Source: Polyangiales bacterium (GTDB lineage: Bacteria; Myxococcota_A; Polyangia; Polyangiales; Polyangiaceae). Taken from it: a DNA stretch of 27,817 nt. Shown in pieces: positions 26,689-27,817 of this stretch. A program made the translations under genes and the position numbers. The DNA is taken from positions 1-27,817 of the forward strand of contig JBBRLQ010000057.1 of the NCBI GenBank assembly GCA_038231275.1, given 5' to 3'. The notes below the pieces were generated by a model. The model made no database searches. It worked only from the letters and a program-made list of their open reading frames with translations, and was not told where the DNA came from. Each line of letters begins with the position of its first letter. Position 1 is the stretch's first letter.

Positions 26689-27817
26689 CTATTTGGCGGA
26701 GAGCCGAACCGCGTGCGCGCCGGTCTGTCCGAGCGGCGCCTTGCCCACGTCCGCGGCGGTCACCTTGAGGCGCCGGCGGAACGTCGTCGGTCCCGCGACG
26801 AGGATCTCGGAGTCTTGATCGCACCTTATCGGATCGATCGTCGCCTCGGGGCCTGCGCCGACGAGGAGCCACATCTCGGCGCCGCGCGGGGTCGAGACGA
26901 CGTGCACGGTCCCCGGCGCGCCCTTGCCGCCGACGACGGTTCCAGGTTGGCCAGCAGGCCACGGATCGGTCGCGCCGGGCTTGGCGCGGCTCGGCTCGAG
27001 CTGCACCGCGAGCTCGAAGCGCGGCCTTCCGTCGGCGCCCGAATCCCACGTCGCGCCGGCCGGGACGATCGAGCGCTTGGGCGCGAAGCCTTCGGCGGTC
27101 GCCACGAACTCGAGCCGCGCGCCGACCGGCATGCGATCGATGTCGACCGGCGCCTGGCCGAGCCGGAGCAGCACCTCGGCGGCCTGCGGAACGTCGGCGA
27201 TCGTGAGGGCGCCGCGGCACTTGACCACTTGCTGCTGCGCGAGCGCCTGCTGGCTCGCGAGCGCCGCCGCCTTCCGCTCCTGCTCCAGCTTCTCGGGCGT
27301 GCGTCCCGTGAAAAATCCGGGCTTGAGCAACCATACGGCGAGCGCCCCGCCCGCCATCACGAGGAGCGTGAGAAGCGCGAGGAGCGTGTTGAGCCGCCGC
27401 GCGCGCTGGCGAACGAACTCGCGGGGGAGGACGATGGTCTTGGCGTGACGCGACCCCGGCCGCGGGGCCATGCCGCGCGACATCTGTCGCGGAGGCACCG
27501 AGCCAGAGCCGGTGCCGGCATCTGTCGGCGGCGGCACGGAGGGCATCGACGCGGACCTCGGCGGCGCCGAAGGCATCGGCGCTTGCGGCGCACGCATCGC
27601 TGACGGAGGCGCGTGGTGGGGCGGGATCGACGGCGGCGGCATCTGCTGCTGCGGCGGCGGCGCTTGAAGATGCGCCGGCGGGGGCGGAGGCGGAAGGTAC
27701 TGCGGTGGCTGCGGCGGCATCAGGTGCTGGGGCGGCGTCTGCTGGTGCTGTTGCTGCTGCTGCATCTGCTGCTGCATCTGCTGCTGCATCTGCTGCTGCT
27801 GCATCTGCTGTTGCTGC
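26689..27817 (-). CDS. C-terminal part of a membrane protein: poly-Gln/Pro linker, TM helix, PEGA-like extracytoplasmic domains
   Basis: Frame open to the window edge; TM LLALLTLLVMAGGALAVWLL; PEGA-like GALTIADVPQAAEV and GTVHVVSTPRGAEM. N-terminal domain not visible. Confidence 0.7.
   Translation of the reverse strand, partial: QQQQMQQQQMQQQMQQQMQQQQQHQQTPPQHLMPPQPPQYLPPPPPPAHLQAPPPQQQMPPPSIPPHHAPPSAMRAPQAPMPSAPPRSASMPSVPPPTDAGTGSGSVPPRQMSRGMAPRPGSRHAKTIVLPREFVRQRARRLNTLLALLTLLVMAGGALAVWLLKPGFFTGRTPEKLEQERKAAALASQQALAQQQVVKCRGALTIADVPQAAEVLLRLGQAPVDIDRMPVGARLEFVATAEGFAPKRSIVPAGATWDSGADGRPRFELAVQLEPSRAKPGATDPWPAGQPGTVVGGKGAPGTVHVVSTPRGAEMWLLVGAGPEATIDPIRCDQDSEILVAGPTTFRRRLKVTAADVGKAPLGQTGAHAVRLSAK
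27737..27817. repeat. CAG-rich repeat (CAGCAGCAGATG-like units on the minus strand) encoding QQQM
   Basis: Read directly from sequence; runs off the window end. Confidence 0.9.

Overview
High-GC chromosomal window of a myxobacterium, probably Polyangiales (inferred from the MYXO-CTERM protein, HRDVSPQN-type kinase, MglC and TPR-PEGA proteins). Housekeeping genes: lon (5'-truncated), hom, a stand-alone pyrB, tolQ-tolR-tolA-like-tolB without pal, and mglC-aroQ-accB-accC. No rRNA, tRNA, CRISPR array or transposase was recognised. Main unusual observations: (1) two independent modules pair a membrane Ser/Thr kinase (Pro-rich stalk plus short terminal peptide) with a secreted TPR-PEGA protein ending in a G-x-F strand, one also with an orphan ligand-binding lipoprotein, suggesting a trans-envelope signalling system; (2) three apparent pseudoenzymes: an aconitase lacking its Fe-S cysteines and catalytic motifs, a tandem histidine-kinase-like protein lacking phosphoacceptor His next to an intact receiver, and a rhomboid lacking the Ser-His dyad; (3) a (CCGACT)n microsatellite present three times in 3.7 kb, twice as Pro-Thr linkers in inverted orientation and once filling a whole intergenic gap. 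All family calls come from motif recognition by eye, not database searches; several start codons were adjusted from the ORF track.
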